DNA of 64,000 bases from Eledone cirrhosa (Eukaryota). Below, one piece after another: positions 13,401-27,037 of the stretch. The position numbers and the translations under genes were made by a program. The stretch covers positions 362,514,001 to 362,578,000 of the forward strand of contig OZ024742.1 in NCBI GenBank assembly GCA_964016885.1, in the 5' to 3' direction. The notes under the pieces were generated by a model. It was not told the origin of the DNA. It saw only the letters and a program-made list of their open reading frames with translations, and did not search any database. The stretch's first letter is position 1, and every line of letters starts with the position of its first letter.

Positions 13401-14030
13401 TTGTTCAACTCATCTACCACTAAATTTAGGATGTCAACCGAATCTTGTCCTAGCCGGTCAGCATTCATCTCCTCAGTGGCCGTATCTCTGTTCCAGGTAT
13501 TATTTATCTCAGTATTCAGATCATTGTCTGCTTCGGGTGGTTCCTCCGTTCTCAGGACCTCCTCACCTTCATTTCCCGCCGGCTCGCTTGTCTGGCATAC
13601 TACACCCGCCATCTCCAAGCCATTCTCTCTGCTCAGTTCCTCCAGTTCCAGCTCGCCTATCCACCCATTAGTTCTTATTACCCGAGCCTGCCCGGCCAAT
13701 TTTTGTTCATCTAATTTAAATAAACCAATCTCGTTCCAGATGTTATGCATCCGTCTCCTGTAGCCCCTCTCCTTGGGGTTACTTTTCAGGTAGCATTGCA
13801 TAACAGTTCTATTCAATTCTTTCGTCCAGTTGGTTCTGGCCCCTTTCCTTCTTCTTCTTCCTCCAACATCAGCAGTATTTGGTTGACAGTCAGGTTCCTG
13901 CTGCTGAGCCAGGGGGCACCTGTTGGGTGAGAGTCTGTCACATGACGTTCTAGTCTCCATTTCACCGTTATTCGAACTGTTTATGTTCGATATTTAAACA
14001 CTCTTATCGAGGATTGGCGAATGTATGTTT
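10457..14030 (-). mobile_element. Dong/R4-clade RLE non-LTR retrotransposon (family A), apparently full length; 5' limit approximate
   Basis: Single long ORF, ~75-bp 3' UTR, 3' end joined to (TAA)n, the known Dong target repeat. Confidence 0.88.
10568..13960 (-). CDS. 1130-aa RT + CCHC + PD-(D/E)xK restriction-like endonuclease protein (Dong/R4 type)
   Basis: Uninterrupted ORF: KSPGPDG, NYRPITCL, EQKGC, WIDYRKAFDMVPH, GIFQGDSLSPLLF, HLLFMDDLKLF, YKYLG, CRICGEREETVAHIVSEC, RHD, RPDLVVVD...DVACP...KINRY. Confidence 0.92.
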   Translation of the reverse strand: METRTSCDRLSPNRCPLAQQQEPDCQPNTADVGGRRRRKGARTNWTKELNRTVMQCYLKSNPKERGYRRRMHNIWNEIGLFKLDEQKLAGQARVIRTNGWIGELELEELSRENGLEMAGVVCQTSEPAGNEGEEVLRTEEPPEADNDLNTEINNTWNRDTATEEMNADRLGQDSVDILNLVVDELNNDSGRPMNLRFVDRKKLKETTAKVNKVIPYLEARSLHQCNNILKATANTVRKLLGIKARGNNRQERAEPWWKKRLSGQIGEMRNDIGKLESLLNGTLKNIGTKNRLEIKYKTRSKKLNIIIEELKQRIVAKSAKIRRYENRVSQYKQNRMFDNNQKMLFGQLEGKERGNDLIPGAEQAKTFWRGIWEQDVRHNAQAGWIETVQREIGEQAQQQTDLSITVETLKGQAKKLTNWKSPGPDGVQGYWIKHLTSLHPKLTAMFNDCLVSGEVPEWLTKGTTVLIMKDRIKGNDVTNYRPITCLPVMWKLLTSIVSEEIYHHLHTNNLLPDEQKGCRKKSRGTKDQLLIDKMVMGNCRRRHTDLAMGWIDYRKAFDMVPHSWITKSLEIFRVADNIRQLLGRSMGSWETELTSTGVSLGSVKIKRGIFQGDSLSPLLFVLALMPLTIMLRKVRAGYKLGRGELTINHLLFMDDLKLFGKSEKELDVLVDTVRIFSSDICMQSGIGKCGVIVMKRGRLSRSNGIQIPTGEMIKEIDSEEGYKYLGVLEADGIKNKKMKELLRTEYIRRVRSVLKSHLNSRNAISAVNSRAVSIIRYSAGILRWNVAEQKEMDRKTRKLLTIYNMFHKRSDVDRLYLRRSEGGRGLISIEDCVQMEKNNLYKYVTYSKEPMLRAVLKEGTVGQGISKEEITSRRKSSLKGKSLHSTFFEKTEFRDPQTWNWLRRGDLKKATEGMLMAAQEQALKTKWLKHHIYKEEASPLCRICGEREETVAHIVSECKHLAQTHYKGWRHDVMGRVIHWHLCKVNNLPHSEKWYEHRPEAVMENSQVKVLWDFRIQTDKKLEHNRPDLVVVDKEKRSCLIVDVACPFDTRVQEKEREKINRYQDLKWEVKRIWNCHEVKVIPIVIGALGTISKGFQGWLKKIGPFTLFGTLQKACLLGTARTLRYVLNI

Positions 14031-15034
14031 ACATAGCCATCTGTGGATCCGCCATCCCACTTGGCCCTTGTGTGGCATTATCACCGCGCTGTATACGAAC
14101 ACACATAAACAAACAAACACACGGGCAGAAAGGGCCCCAAAAATAAATAAGCATAAGTTTCATTGTAATGTAGTATTCGAATGTCTGACTTAGTTTTTGT
14201 TTTTTAAGTTTTACTTTTTCCCCCCTCTTCTCTGTCCGTCCGCCTGCTTCTCTCTTCATTCTTATTTTCTTTACGTTTTTGGGGTTTCTTTTTTTGTTTT
14301 TGTTTTTCTCTGTTTGTTTTTCTCGTTTTTTGCTGTTGTTGCTGTGCTGCTTTGGTTTTGTTGTTTGTTTTTTCTTTTTTCTTTTGAGTCTATCTATATA
14401 TTTTGATGCCTTCCTCTTTGTTAGTAGTAGGAATTCTATAATGTGGAAGTGGCAGCCAGCAGAGACTGGCGGCGTTGGCGATACTGAGACAGTGGTGGTG
14501 GTGATGTCGATACCGAGGCAGTGGTGGCGGTGATGCGACCGTATTACTGTAGTGATGGTGCTGTAGCGGTGGCAGCAGCAGTGAAGGAGTCAAGGGGTGG
14601 TGGCGGCGGTGATGGGATAGTGGTGGTAATGATGGCCGTAGTGAGCGGTGGCGGTGAAGGTGAAAATGCTGTTGTGTTTAGTGTACACAGATGATGGGGT
14701 GGGTGGTGTATCTATTTTCTGGTGTTGGTGAGTTTAGCTGTCCTATATAGTGTAGCCAGAGGAGAGGAGGGGGGGGGGGTTCTTCTTCTTCCATTTATAG
14801 CCATTTTTTTTTTTTGGATATACAGTGTACAATACAAAGTTGAATATTTGAATATTTGAGCCTTATAACAATATATTTTGGGTCCGAATTTTTTGGGGCT
14901 CAAGCCGGGTGCTTTACGTAGCATTTGTACTAAGAGTTGTTATTTCACAAATGATTTAAATATGTTAAAAATTCAAAACTTACGGGAGCGATTTCATGAC
15001 CTCCGTCACCTCGTGCGTCTTCTTCCCTCGTTTC

Positions 15035-15036
<2 letters not shown>

Positions 15037-15065
<29 letters not shown>

Positions 15066-16625
15066 TGCATTTATCTTGCTTTATGTTTATACGAGTTATC
15101 ACCAAGTCACAACCAGTGACCTCAAGAGACAACAAGGTCCGCCATGTTCAAGAAAGAACACACATATTCACACATGCATCCTTAGTGTTTAGACTTGTGA
15201 TGTACTTATATTGACAGGATCTTCCTTAGTATATGGGCAGTTCCCATTAGTACTATCTTTTGTATTTCTCCTATACGCGGGTTTCCTGGGATTTGCGATA
15301 AGTAGTCGTTAGACCCCTTAGGTATCATTCCCAGAGCGCCTACAAACACTGGTATTGTTTTAGTTCTCAATTTCCACATTTTTCCAATTTCTATCTCCAG
15401 GTCCTTATACTTGCTCAATTTTTCAAATGTTTTTATAGATACATTCTTGTCTATTGGAACAGACATATCAATTAGTAGGCATACCCTCCTTTGAAAGTCC
15501 TTCAATATTATATCAGGTCTATTTGCATCTATTTTTCGGTCTGTTTGGATGCTAAAGTTCCACAAGATTGAGATGTGATCTTTTTCAAGTATGGGAGGTC
15601 GTTGATGCTCCCACCAATTCTTTTGATGGGGCAGGTCAAAATGCTTGCACATTATCCAATGTATGTATTGTGCAGCTCTGTCATGCCTGTTTAGGTATTC
15701 GGTTGGAGCTATAGGACTGCACATTGAAATTATATGGTCAATGGTCTCTGGTTGTTTTTTGCATACACGGCATAATGGGCTGCACCCATTTTTTATTATG
15801 TTGGCTTGGTAATTTTTTGTTGGCAGACACTGATCTTGTGCGGATATAATCAGTCCTTCAGTCTCCGATTTCAGTCCAGAGGATGCCAACCACTGATGGG
15901 TTAAAGTTTTGTCAACATCAGGATTGTTAGCTCGCTCTGGGTATTTTCCATACAGAGGCTTTTCTTGCCATTTCTTAGCCAGTTTCTGTAGCAGTTCTTT
16001 CTTTGCAGTTACTTTTACCTGCTTTGCTTTTTCTGTGTTTTCCATTTCAGCAGTAAATGGGACTTCTGAAATTTGTAGTCCATTACTGTATCTTTGTGCA
16101 TCTTTTGTAATGGAATATGATCTTTTGGTGCTTTCGTGTTTCAAAACGAGTTTGATCATCCAATCATGTGATTCCCTTAGATATGTGGATAATCCAATTG
16201 TTGTAGTTTTCAACGCAATGTCTAACTGGATTAACCCACGTCCTCCTTCTTTCCTAGGGAGATATATTCTATCTATGTCTGCCTTAGGGTGATGCATTCT
16301 GTGCATGGTTAAGTATTTTCGGATTTTTGTATCGAGCCTACGGATGTCTGTGCTTGACCAGTTGATGACATTGTAACTGTAGGTTACTACTGGTATGGCA
16401 AGCGTGTTTATGGCATCGATCCTATTCCTTGCATTCAATTCCGTTCTTAAGATTGCTCTGACTCTGCGGTAACATTCCTTCCTTATCCTTTCCCTCATTG
16501 TCGAGTGCTTGATTCCGTCTCCTTCACAAACACCTAGATATTTGTAAGTTTGTTCTTGATCAAGCTCTCTTATCACGTTCCCCCGATCAAGATTAATGTC
16601 TGAACTCTTCAGCAGCTTTCCTCTG

Positions 16626-16626
<1 letters not shown>
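15037..16626 (-). mobile_element. 5'-truncated Dong/R4 element (family B): RT C-terminus, CCHC and RLE, flanked by (TAA)n on both sides
   Basis: YKYLG, DIDRIYLPRKEGGRGL, CRVCKKQPETIDHIISMC, RHD, RPDIILKD, KLSKY; the poly-Ile N-terminus of ORF 15206-16738 is the (TAA)n tract. Confidence 0.9.
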
Positions 16627-16722
<96 letters not shown>

Positions 16723-16950
16723 CTTGAATCTCAGTCATTGATGTTAGTTAACTGGAAAGTCCGTTGGAATGAATATCAAGCCACTACCTGCAGCCTCAGA
16801 TATTCAGGACGTATCGGAGGGTTCTTGCTGTTCCCTGCAAGCATGCCTTTTGAAGCGTTCCAAAAAAGCGTGAAGGGGCCGATTTTCTTTAACCATCCCT
16901 GGAAGCTTTTGGAGATAGTCCCTAGTGCGCCTATGACAATCGGGATCACT
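16627..16950 (-). mobile_element. 3'-terminal ~230-bp fragment of Dong family A with long (TAA)n tail
   Basis: 16720-16950 is nearly identical to 10492-10720. Confidence 0.9.
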
Positions 16951-16959
16951 TTATTATCA

Positions 16960-17067
16960 TTCTTCTTCTTCTTCTTCTTCTTCTTCTTCTTCTTCTTCTT
17001 CTTCTTCTTCTTCTTCTTCTTCTTCTTCTTCTTCTTCTTCTTCTTCTTCTTCTTCTTCTTCTTCTTC
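16960..17067. repeat. (TTC)n microsatellite
   Basis: Pure ttc run. Confidence 0.97.
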
Positions 17068-17607
17068 ACCCATTTATCTCCCTGGGTCTCCTGTCGGCTT
17101 GTTTGGCCGTAAAATTTAAACAGTGATTCTTTCCTGAGACATTCTAACTACATGTCCATAGTATCAGAGATGTGATCTCTCAATTCGGAAAAGTAGCGGT
17201 TCTACCTGGAGTGACTCTCTCATCACCAAGCTACATGCTCTATCGAGTAATGACCCTTTGGGGAAAACCAATCTAGGCCGAATTTATTTGCGATCGTATT
17301 CTTTCAGTCATTACGAAAAATATAAATTAAATAATGCCGAAAATTATCTACCGTCAAGCTATACTATGCCTTATTCTGGCATACATTGGCTCAGTTGTTA
17401 TGTAGTATTTAGTTTAGAGTGACAGAATACTATGACATGCACGTAGCTGAGTATTCCACGTTCAAGTCCAAGATTTTGACTCCACAGACACGTGCACCGT
17501 TATCGTAGTTCTGGGAGAGATTCAGCATGACACGGTAAAAAACAAGGCCGGCTGTTTGATACACAGATAAACTGATTCTTTTTACAGCTGAGTTGGTGAC
17601 ATGTGAG

Positions 17608-20600
17608 TAACCCACACTTTCACATTACTGTAAACCACACTTTCACATTACTGTAACCCACACTTTCACATTACTGTAACCCACACTTTCACATTACTGT
17701 AACCCACAATTTCACATTACTGTAACCAACAATTTCACATTGCTGTAACTCACACTTCCACATTACTGTTCGCCACACTTGCACATTGCTGTAACCCACA
17801 CTTTCACATTGCTATAACCCACACTTCCAAATTACTGTAACCTACACTTCCACATAACTGTAACCCACACTTTCCAATTACAGTTAGCCATACATTCACA
17901 TTACTGTAACCCACACTTTCACATTACTGTAACCCACACTTTCACATTGCTGTAACCCACACTTCCACATTGCTGTAACCCATACTTTCACATTGCTGTA
18001 ACCCACACTTCCACATTACTGTAACCCACACTTCCACATGCTGTAACCCACACTTCCACATTACTGTAACCAACACTTTCCCATTACTGTAACCCACACT
18101 TCCACATTGCTGTAACTCACACTTCCATATTACTGTAACCAACACTTTCCCATTACTGTAACCCACAGTTCCACATTACCGTAACCCAGACTTTCACATT
18201 GCTGTAACCCACACTTTCACGTTACAGTTAGCCACACTTTCATAGTACTGTAACCCACACATTCACATTGCTGTAACCTAAAATTCCACATTACACTAAC
18301 CCACAATTTCACATTACAGTTAACAACACGTTCACATTACTGTAACCCACCCTTCCACATGCTATAACCCACACTTCCACATTACTGTAACCAACACTTT
18401 CCCATTACTGTAACCCACACTTCCATATTACCGTAACCCAGACTTTCACATTGCTGTAACGCAAACTTTCACATTACTGTAACCTAAACTTTCACATTCC
18501 TCTAACCAACAATTTCACATTGCTGTAACCCACACTTTCACATTACACTAACACACAATTTCACATTACAGTTAACCACACTTTCACATTGCTATAACCC
18601 AAACATCCACATTACACTAACACACAATTTCACATTACAGTTAACCACACTTTCACATTACTGTAACCTAAACTTTCACATTCATGTAACCAACAATTTC
18701 ACATTGTTGTAACCCACACTTTCACGTTACAGTTAGCCATACATTCATATTACTGTAACCCACACTTTCACATTACTGTAACCCACACTTTCACATTGCT
18801 GTAACCCACACTTCCACATTGCTGTAACCCATACTTTCACATTGTTGTAACCCACACTTCCACATGCTGTAACCCACACTTCCACATTACTGTAACCAAC
18901 ACTTTCCCATTACTGTAACCCACAGTTCCATAGTACCGTAACCCAGACTTTCACATTGCTGTAACCCACACTTTCACGTTACAGTTAGCCACACTTTCAT
19001 AGTACTGTAACCCACACATTCACATTGCTGTAACCTAAAATTCCACATTACACTAACCCACAATTTCACATTACAGTTAACAACACTTTCACATTACTGT
19101 AACCCACCCTTCCACATGCTATAACCCACACTTCCACATTACTGTAACCAACACTTTCCCATTACTGTAACCCACACTTCCATATTACCGTAACCCAGAC
19201 TTTCACATTGCTGTAACCCAAACTTTCACATTACTGTAACCTAAACTTTCACATTCCTCTAACCAACAATTTCACATTGCTGTAACCCACACTTTCACAT
19301 TACACTAACACACAATTTCACATTACAGTTAACCACACTTTCACATTGCTATAACCCAAACTTCCACATTACACTAACACACAATTTCACATTACAATTA
19401 ACCACACTTTCACATTACTGTAACCTAAACTTTCACATTCCTGTAACCAACAATTTCACATTGTTGTAACCCACACTTTCACATTACAGTTAGACACACT
19501 TCCACATTACTGTAACCCAAACTTCCACATTACTGTAACCCACACTTTCACATTGCTGTAACCTACACTTCCACATTACTGTAACCCACACTTCCACATT
19601 ACTGTAACCTACACTTCCGCATTACTGTAACCCACACTTTCACGTTGCTGTAACCTACACTCCGCATTACTGTTCCCAACACTTTCACATTACTGTAACC
19701 CACACTTTCACATTACTGTAACCCACACTTCCACATTACTGTAACCCACACTTTCACATTACTGTAACCCACACTTTCACATTGCTGTAACCTACACTTC
19801 CGCATTAGTGTTCCCAACACTTTCACATTGCTGTAACCCACACTTCCACATTACTGTAACCCACACTTCCACATTACTGTAACCTACACTTCCGCATTAC
19901 TGTTCCCTACACTTCCACATTGCTGTAACCCACACTTTCACATTACTGTAACCCAAACTTTCACATTGCTGTAACCTACACTTCCACATTACTGTAACCC
20001 ACACTTCCACATTACTGTAACCTACACTTCCGCATTACTGTAACCCACACTTTCACGTTGCTGTAACCTACACTTCCGCATTACTGTTCCCTACACTTCC
20101 ACATTGCTGTAACCCACACTTCCACATTACTGTAACCCACACTTTCACATTACTGTAACCCACACTTCCACATTACTGTAACCCACACTTTCACATTACT
20201 GTAACCCACACTTCCACATTACTGTAACCCAAACTTTCACATTGCTGTAACCTACACTTCCACATTGCTGTAACCCACACTTTCACATTACTGTAACCCT
20301 CACCTCCACATTACTGTAACCCACACTTCCACATTACTGTAACCCACACTATCACATTACTGTAACCCACACTTTCACATTACTGTAACCCACACTTTCA
20401 CATTACTCTAACCCACACTTCCACATTACTGTAACCCACACTTCCACATTACTGTAACCCACACTTTCACATTACTGTAAGCCACACTTCCACATTACTG
20501 TAACCCACACTTTCACATTACTGTAACCCACACTTCCACATTACTGTAACCCACACTATCACATTACTGTAACCCACACTGCCACATTACTGTAACCCAC

Positions 20601-23600
20601 ACTTCCACATTACTGTAACCCACACTTTCACATTACTGTAACCCACATTTCCACATTACTGTAACCCACACTTTCACATTACTGTAACCCACACTTCCAC
20701 ATTGCTGTAACCCACACTTTCACATTACTGTAACCCACACTTCCACATTACTGTAACCCACACTTTCACATTACTCTAACCCACACTTCCACATTACTGT
20801 AACCCACATTTCCACATTACTGTAACCCACACTTTCACATTACTGTAACCCACACTTCCACATTACTGTAACCCACACTTTCACATTACTGTAACCCACA
20901 CTTCCACATTACTGTAACCCACACTATCACATTACTGTAACCCACACTGCCACATTACTGTAACCCACACTTCCACATTACTGTAACCCACACTTTCACA
21001 TTACTGTAACCCACATTTCCACATTACTGTAACCCACACTTTCACATTACTGTAACCCACACTTCCACATTGCTGTAACCCACACTTTCACATTACTCTA
21101 ACCCACACTTCCACATTACTGTAACCCACACTTCCACATTACTGTAACCCACACTTTCACATTACTGTAACCCACACTTCCACATTACTGTAACCCACAC
21201 TTTCACGTTGCTGCAACCTACACTTCCGCATTACTGTAACCCACACTTTCCCATTACTGTAACCCACACTTCCACATTACTGTAACCCACACTTTCACAT
21301 TACTGTAACCCACACTTCCGCATTACTGTTCCCAACACTTTCACATTACTGTAACCTACACTTCCACATTACTGTAACCCACACTTCCACATTACTGTAA
21401 CCCACACTTTCACATTGCTGTAACATACACTTCCGCATTACTGTAACCCACACTTCCGCATTACTGTAACCCACACTTTCCCATTACTGTAACCCACACT
21501 TCCACATTACTGTAACCCACACTTTCACATTACTGTAACCCACACTTCCGCATTACTGTTCCCAACACTTTCACATTGCTGTAACCCAAACTTTCACATT
21601 ACTGTAACCCACACTTTTAAATTGCTGTAACCCACACTTCCACATTACTGTAACCCACACTTTCACATTGCTGTAACCCACACTTTCACATTACTGTAAC
21701 CAACACTTTCACATTGCTGTAACCCACACTTTTACATTGCTGTAACCCACACTTTCACATTACTGTAACCAACACTTTCACATTGCTGTAACCCACACTT
21801 TCACATTGCTATAACCCAGAATTTAACATTACTGTAACCCACACTTTTACATTACTGTAACCTACACTTCCACATTGCTGTAACCCACACTTTTACATTC
21901 CTGTAACCCACACTTTCACATTACTGTAACCCACACTTCCACATTACTGTAACCCACACTTTCACATTACTGTAACCCACACTTCCACATTACTGTAACC
22001 CACACTATCACATTACTGTAACCCACACTGCCACATTACTGTAACCCACACTTCCACATTACTGTAACCCACACTTTCACATTACTGTAACCCACATTTC
22101 CACATTACTGTAACCCACACTTTCACATTACTGTAACCCACACTTCCACATTGCTGTAACCCACAATTTCACATTACTGTAACCCACACTTCCACATTAC
22201 TGTAACCCACACTTCCACATTACTGTAACCCACACTTTCACTTTACTGTAACCCACACGTCCACATTACTGTAACCCACATTTTCACATTGCTGTAATCT
22301 ACACTTCCACATTACTGTAACCCACACTTCCACATTACTGTAACCCACACTTCCACATTACTGTAACCCACACTTTCACGTTGCTGCAACCTACACTTCC
22401 GCATTACTGTAACCCACACTTTCCCAATACTGTAACCTACACTTCCACATTACTGTAACCCACACTTTCACATTACTGTAACCCACACTTCCGCATTACT
22501 GTTCCCAACACTTTCAGATTACTGTAACCTACACTTCCACATTACTGTAACCCACACATCCACATTACTGTAACCCACACTTTCACATTGCTGTAACATA
22601 CACTTCCGCATTACTGTAACCCACACTTCCACATTACTGTAACCCACACTTTCACATTGCTGTAACCCACAATTGCACATTGCTGTAACCCACACTTTCA
22701 CATTGCTGTAACCCAAACTTTCACATTACTGTAACCCACACTTTTACATTGCTGTAACCCACACTTCCACATTACTGTAACCCACACTTTCACATTGCTG
22801 TAACCCACACTTTCACATTACTGTAACCAACACTTTCACATTGCTGTAACCCACACTTTTACATTGCTGTAACCCACACTTTCACATTACTGTAACCAAC
22901 ACTTTCACATTGCTGTAACCCACACTTTCACATTGCTATAACCCACAATTTAACATTACTGTAACCCACACTTTTACATTACTGTAACCTACACTTCCAA
23001 ATTGCTGTAACCCACAATTTCACATTGCTGTAACCCACACTTTCACATTGCTGTAACACACACTTTCACATTGCTGTAACCCACACTTTCACATTGCTGT
23101 AACCCACACTTTTACATTGCTGTAACCCACACTTTCACATTACTGTAACCAACACTTTCACATTGTTGTAACCCACACTTTCACATTGCTGTAACACACA
23201 CTTTCACATTGCTGTAACCTACAATTTCACATTACTGTAATCCACACTTCCACATTGCTGTTACCCACAATTTCCCATTGCTGTAACCTACTCTTTCACT
23301 TTGCTGTAACCCACACTTTCACATTACAGTTAGCCACACTTTCTCATTACTGTAACCCACACTTTCACACTACATTTAGCCACACTTCCACATTGCTGTA
23401 ACCCCCACTTTCACATTACTGTAACCCACATTTTCACCTTGCTGTAACCCACCATTTCACATTACGGTAACCCACACTTTGACATTACAGTTACCCACAC
23501 TTTCACATTACTGTAACCTACACTTTCACATTGCGGTAACCCACACTTCCACATTACTGTAACCCACATTTTCACATTGCTGTAACCTACACTTTCACAT

Positions 23601-24800
23601 TACTGTAACCCACACTTCCACATTACTGTAACCCACACTTTCACATTGCTGTAACCCACACTTTCACATTGCTGTAACCCAAACTTTCACATTACTGTAA
23701 CCCACACTTTTACATTGCTGTAACCCACACTTCCACATTACTGTAACCCACACTTTCACATTGCTGTAACCCACACTTTCACATTACTGTAACCAACACT
23801 TTCACATTACTGTAACCCACACTTTTACATTGCTGTAACCCACACTTTCACATTACTGTAACCAACACTTTCACATTGCTGTAACCCACACTTTCACATT
23901 GCTATAACCCACAATTTAACATTACTGTAACCCACACTTTTACATTACTGTAACCTACACTTCCAAATTGCTGTAACCCACAATTTCACATTGCTGTAAC
24001 CCACACTTTCACATTGCTGTAACACACACTTTCACATTGCTGTAACCCACACTTTCACATTGCTGTAACACACACTTTTACATTGCTGTAACCCACACTT
24101 TCACATTACTGTAACCAACACTTTCACATTGTTGTAACCCACACTTTCACATTGCTGTAACACACACTTTCACATTACTGTTCCCAACACTTTCAGATTG
24201 CTGTAACCCACACTTCCACATTGCTGTAACCCACAATTTCACATTGCTGTAACCTACAATTTCACATTACTGTAATCCACACTTCCACATTGCTGTAACC
24301 CACAATTTCCCATTGCTGTAACCTACTCTTTCACTTTGCTGTAACCCACACTTTCACATTACAGTTAGCCACACTTTCTCATTACTGTAACCCACACTTT
24401 CACACTACATTTAGCCACACTTCCACATTGCTGTAACCCCCACTTTCACATTACTGTAACCCACATTTTCACCTTGCTGTAACCCACCATTTCACATTAC
24501 TGTAACCCACACTTTGACATTACAGTTACCCACACTTTCACATTACTGTAACCTACACTTTCACATTGCGGTAACCCACACTTCCACATTACTGTAACCC
24601 ACATTTTCACATTGCTGTAACCTACACTTTCACATTACTGTAACCCACAATTTCACATTGCTGTAACCTACAGTTTCACATTGCTTTAACCCACACTTTT
24701 ACATTACTGTAACCTACACTTTCACATTGCGGTAACCCACACTTCCACATTACTCTAACCCACACTTTCACATTACTGTAATCTACACTTTCACATTACC
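17608..24800. repeat. 23-bp satellite/minisatellite, ~310 units, consensus TAACCCACACTTYCACATTRCTG
   Basis: Continuous 23-bp periodicity over ~7.2 kb; ORFs inside are artefacts. Confidence 0.97.
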
Positions 24801-25439
24801 GTATGTAGTAATTGAAAGAATGTTTAGAATAGCTTTGACTATCGTGGAAAGGAAATTGACTTACTTGGGAAACCTAATTTTAAGTATATTTGCTGAACTT
24901 TTCCAAGTTTTATCAAATAAGTGATTGGTAGTAAAAGATTGTGGTGGACAGATAAGTTGGGAACTCGGTTTGAGTGTAACACGAACTTTGTAAATAATTC
25001 TTTTCTAAATCACGTTTTCAATGGAGATAAATCACGTAAGAACTACATTGTAGAGATTATTGAAAGAATTATTTGTATGAAGAGACAAAATCATTTGGAC
25101 AAATCAATGAAAAGGAACTCCTTGACTGTAAAATTTGTTCAATTTAGTTCCTAAGTTGATTCTATTCTGTTTTTGTTGTTATTTATTTTTCTTTCTTCTG
25201 AAGATAAAACGTTAATTTTAAAGGAAGTCTTTTGCAATGAATATATCATAGATTTATCACAGACTAGAACAAACCAATTTTAAATGATAAATACAAATAC
25301 AGTCACTTGAGTATAAAAGGATCAAGATTTTACATTTCAGTTGATTTTGTTTTTGTTTTGTAATATCTATTTGAAATCCTATTCCATGAAACATGTCAAA
25401 GATTAGATTCTGTAAAGATAATCAGTATAATGAGCAATA

Positions 25440-25600
25440 ATTGTTTCTACGACACAAGGCTTGCAATCTGAAGGTGAGGGGAAAGTCGATTAAATCGGCC
25501 CCAGTGCGGTATTTCTACTTTATTTTGGCGACCACAAAATGATGAAAGGCAAAGCTAACTTCAGCGGGATTTGAACTCAGAACGTAAAGAGTTGTAACTA
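25440..25600 (-). mobile_element. tRNA-derived SINE copy, degraded
   Basis: gatgaaaggcaaagctaacttcagcgggatttgaactcagaacgtaaag. Confidence 0.75.
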
Positions 25601-26129
25601 TATGAGTAATTATAACAATACATAACAAATAAAAAAATGTTAACTAGTAAAAGTTCTCAAAATTGCGATGACGGCACTTAAGGGTAATTCCAAGGAAACA
25701 CCTTACCCACAATCTACTTCACATTAGATGCATTGCTGTGCATTTCTAAGCAGAAGATAAGTAATCTCTCGGTTATCCCCCCCCCCCCCCCCCCCTACAT
25801 ATAAACACATTGCAGTTTAACCACCTTCAAACAGATATATATAAAGTTACTTTAGAATAAAGCGACCTGAGACAAATTGCTCACTTTTGAACTTTATATT
25901 TGAAATTTCTATTTAGTGAAACATTTCAAAGACGGAGTTATTATATGGGTGATGATTCCTATACACGTTTATTCTTTTACATGTTTGTGTCATTGGACTG
26001 CGGCCATGCTGGGGCAACGACTTGGATTGGTTTTGTTATTGATGTCGACCTTAGTACATATCTGATACTATATTGATCTCTTTTTTATCAAACTGCTAAA
26101 TCGTGGAATATAAATAAGTACACACACAC

Positions 26130-26194
<65 letters not shown>

Positions 26195-26751
26195 ACACAC
26201 ACACACACACACACATATATCTATATGGACAGACAAACAGACAGACAGACAAACAGAGTACATTGGAAATAATTAACCATATTTGGCAGGTTTCAGTGAT
26301 TGATATTACAGTTTAAGTTATCTCCTATATAAGACTCGGTGTGTTCGGACCGACAACATAGGTGGAAAATGAAGAACGAGATGGAAACATCGCACGTGAA
26401 GAACAAGGAACAACTAGAAAGATACTCAGAGAAGAGTCTAGTGAAGATTGGGTATTGTAGGAATATTGTGTCGAACTGTACTTATAATAACTAAAGAACC
26501 ACGGGAAGTAAATAATAGAGGCGAAAAACAACGAATCAGAAGACATCTACAGACATAATGAGTAGTTGATGAGTAGTTGATGAGATGTAGAGAGATGTAT
26601 GGAAGCTGTGTTACAACAGCACAACAAAACAGACAGAATAGAATAGTATAGAGATATTAAACTGCATGCAATTTTCCTAAAGTGCTTAGCCTGATAGAAC
26701 AAACAATAACTGCTACACAAACGGTCAAGGATATATATATATATATAATAT

Positions 26752-26806
<55 letters not shown>

Positions 26807-26902
26807 GGTATGATATATATGATATGATATATATATATATAAAAAGGAGTTATATATATATATAATATTATATATATATATATACACACATATATATATA
26901 TG

Positions 26903-27037
<135 letters not shown>

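Noticed and set aside
13990-14095. HDV-like ribozyme in the Dong 5' region
   Set aside because: Only a simple hairpin (ggatggcggat/attcgccaatcc on the minus strand) could be built
17608-24800. CRISPR array, coding repeat or true telomere
   Set aside because: No spacers; frequent stops; interstitial 23-bp unit rather than (TTAGGG)n
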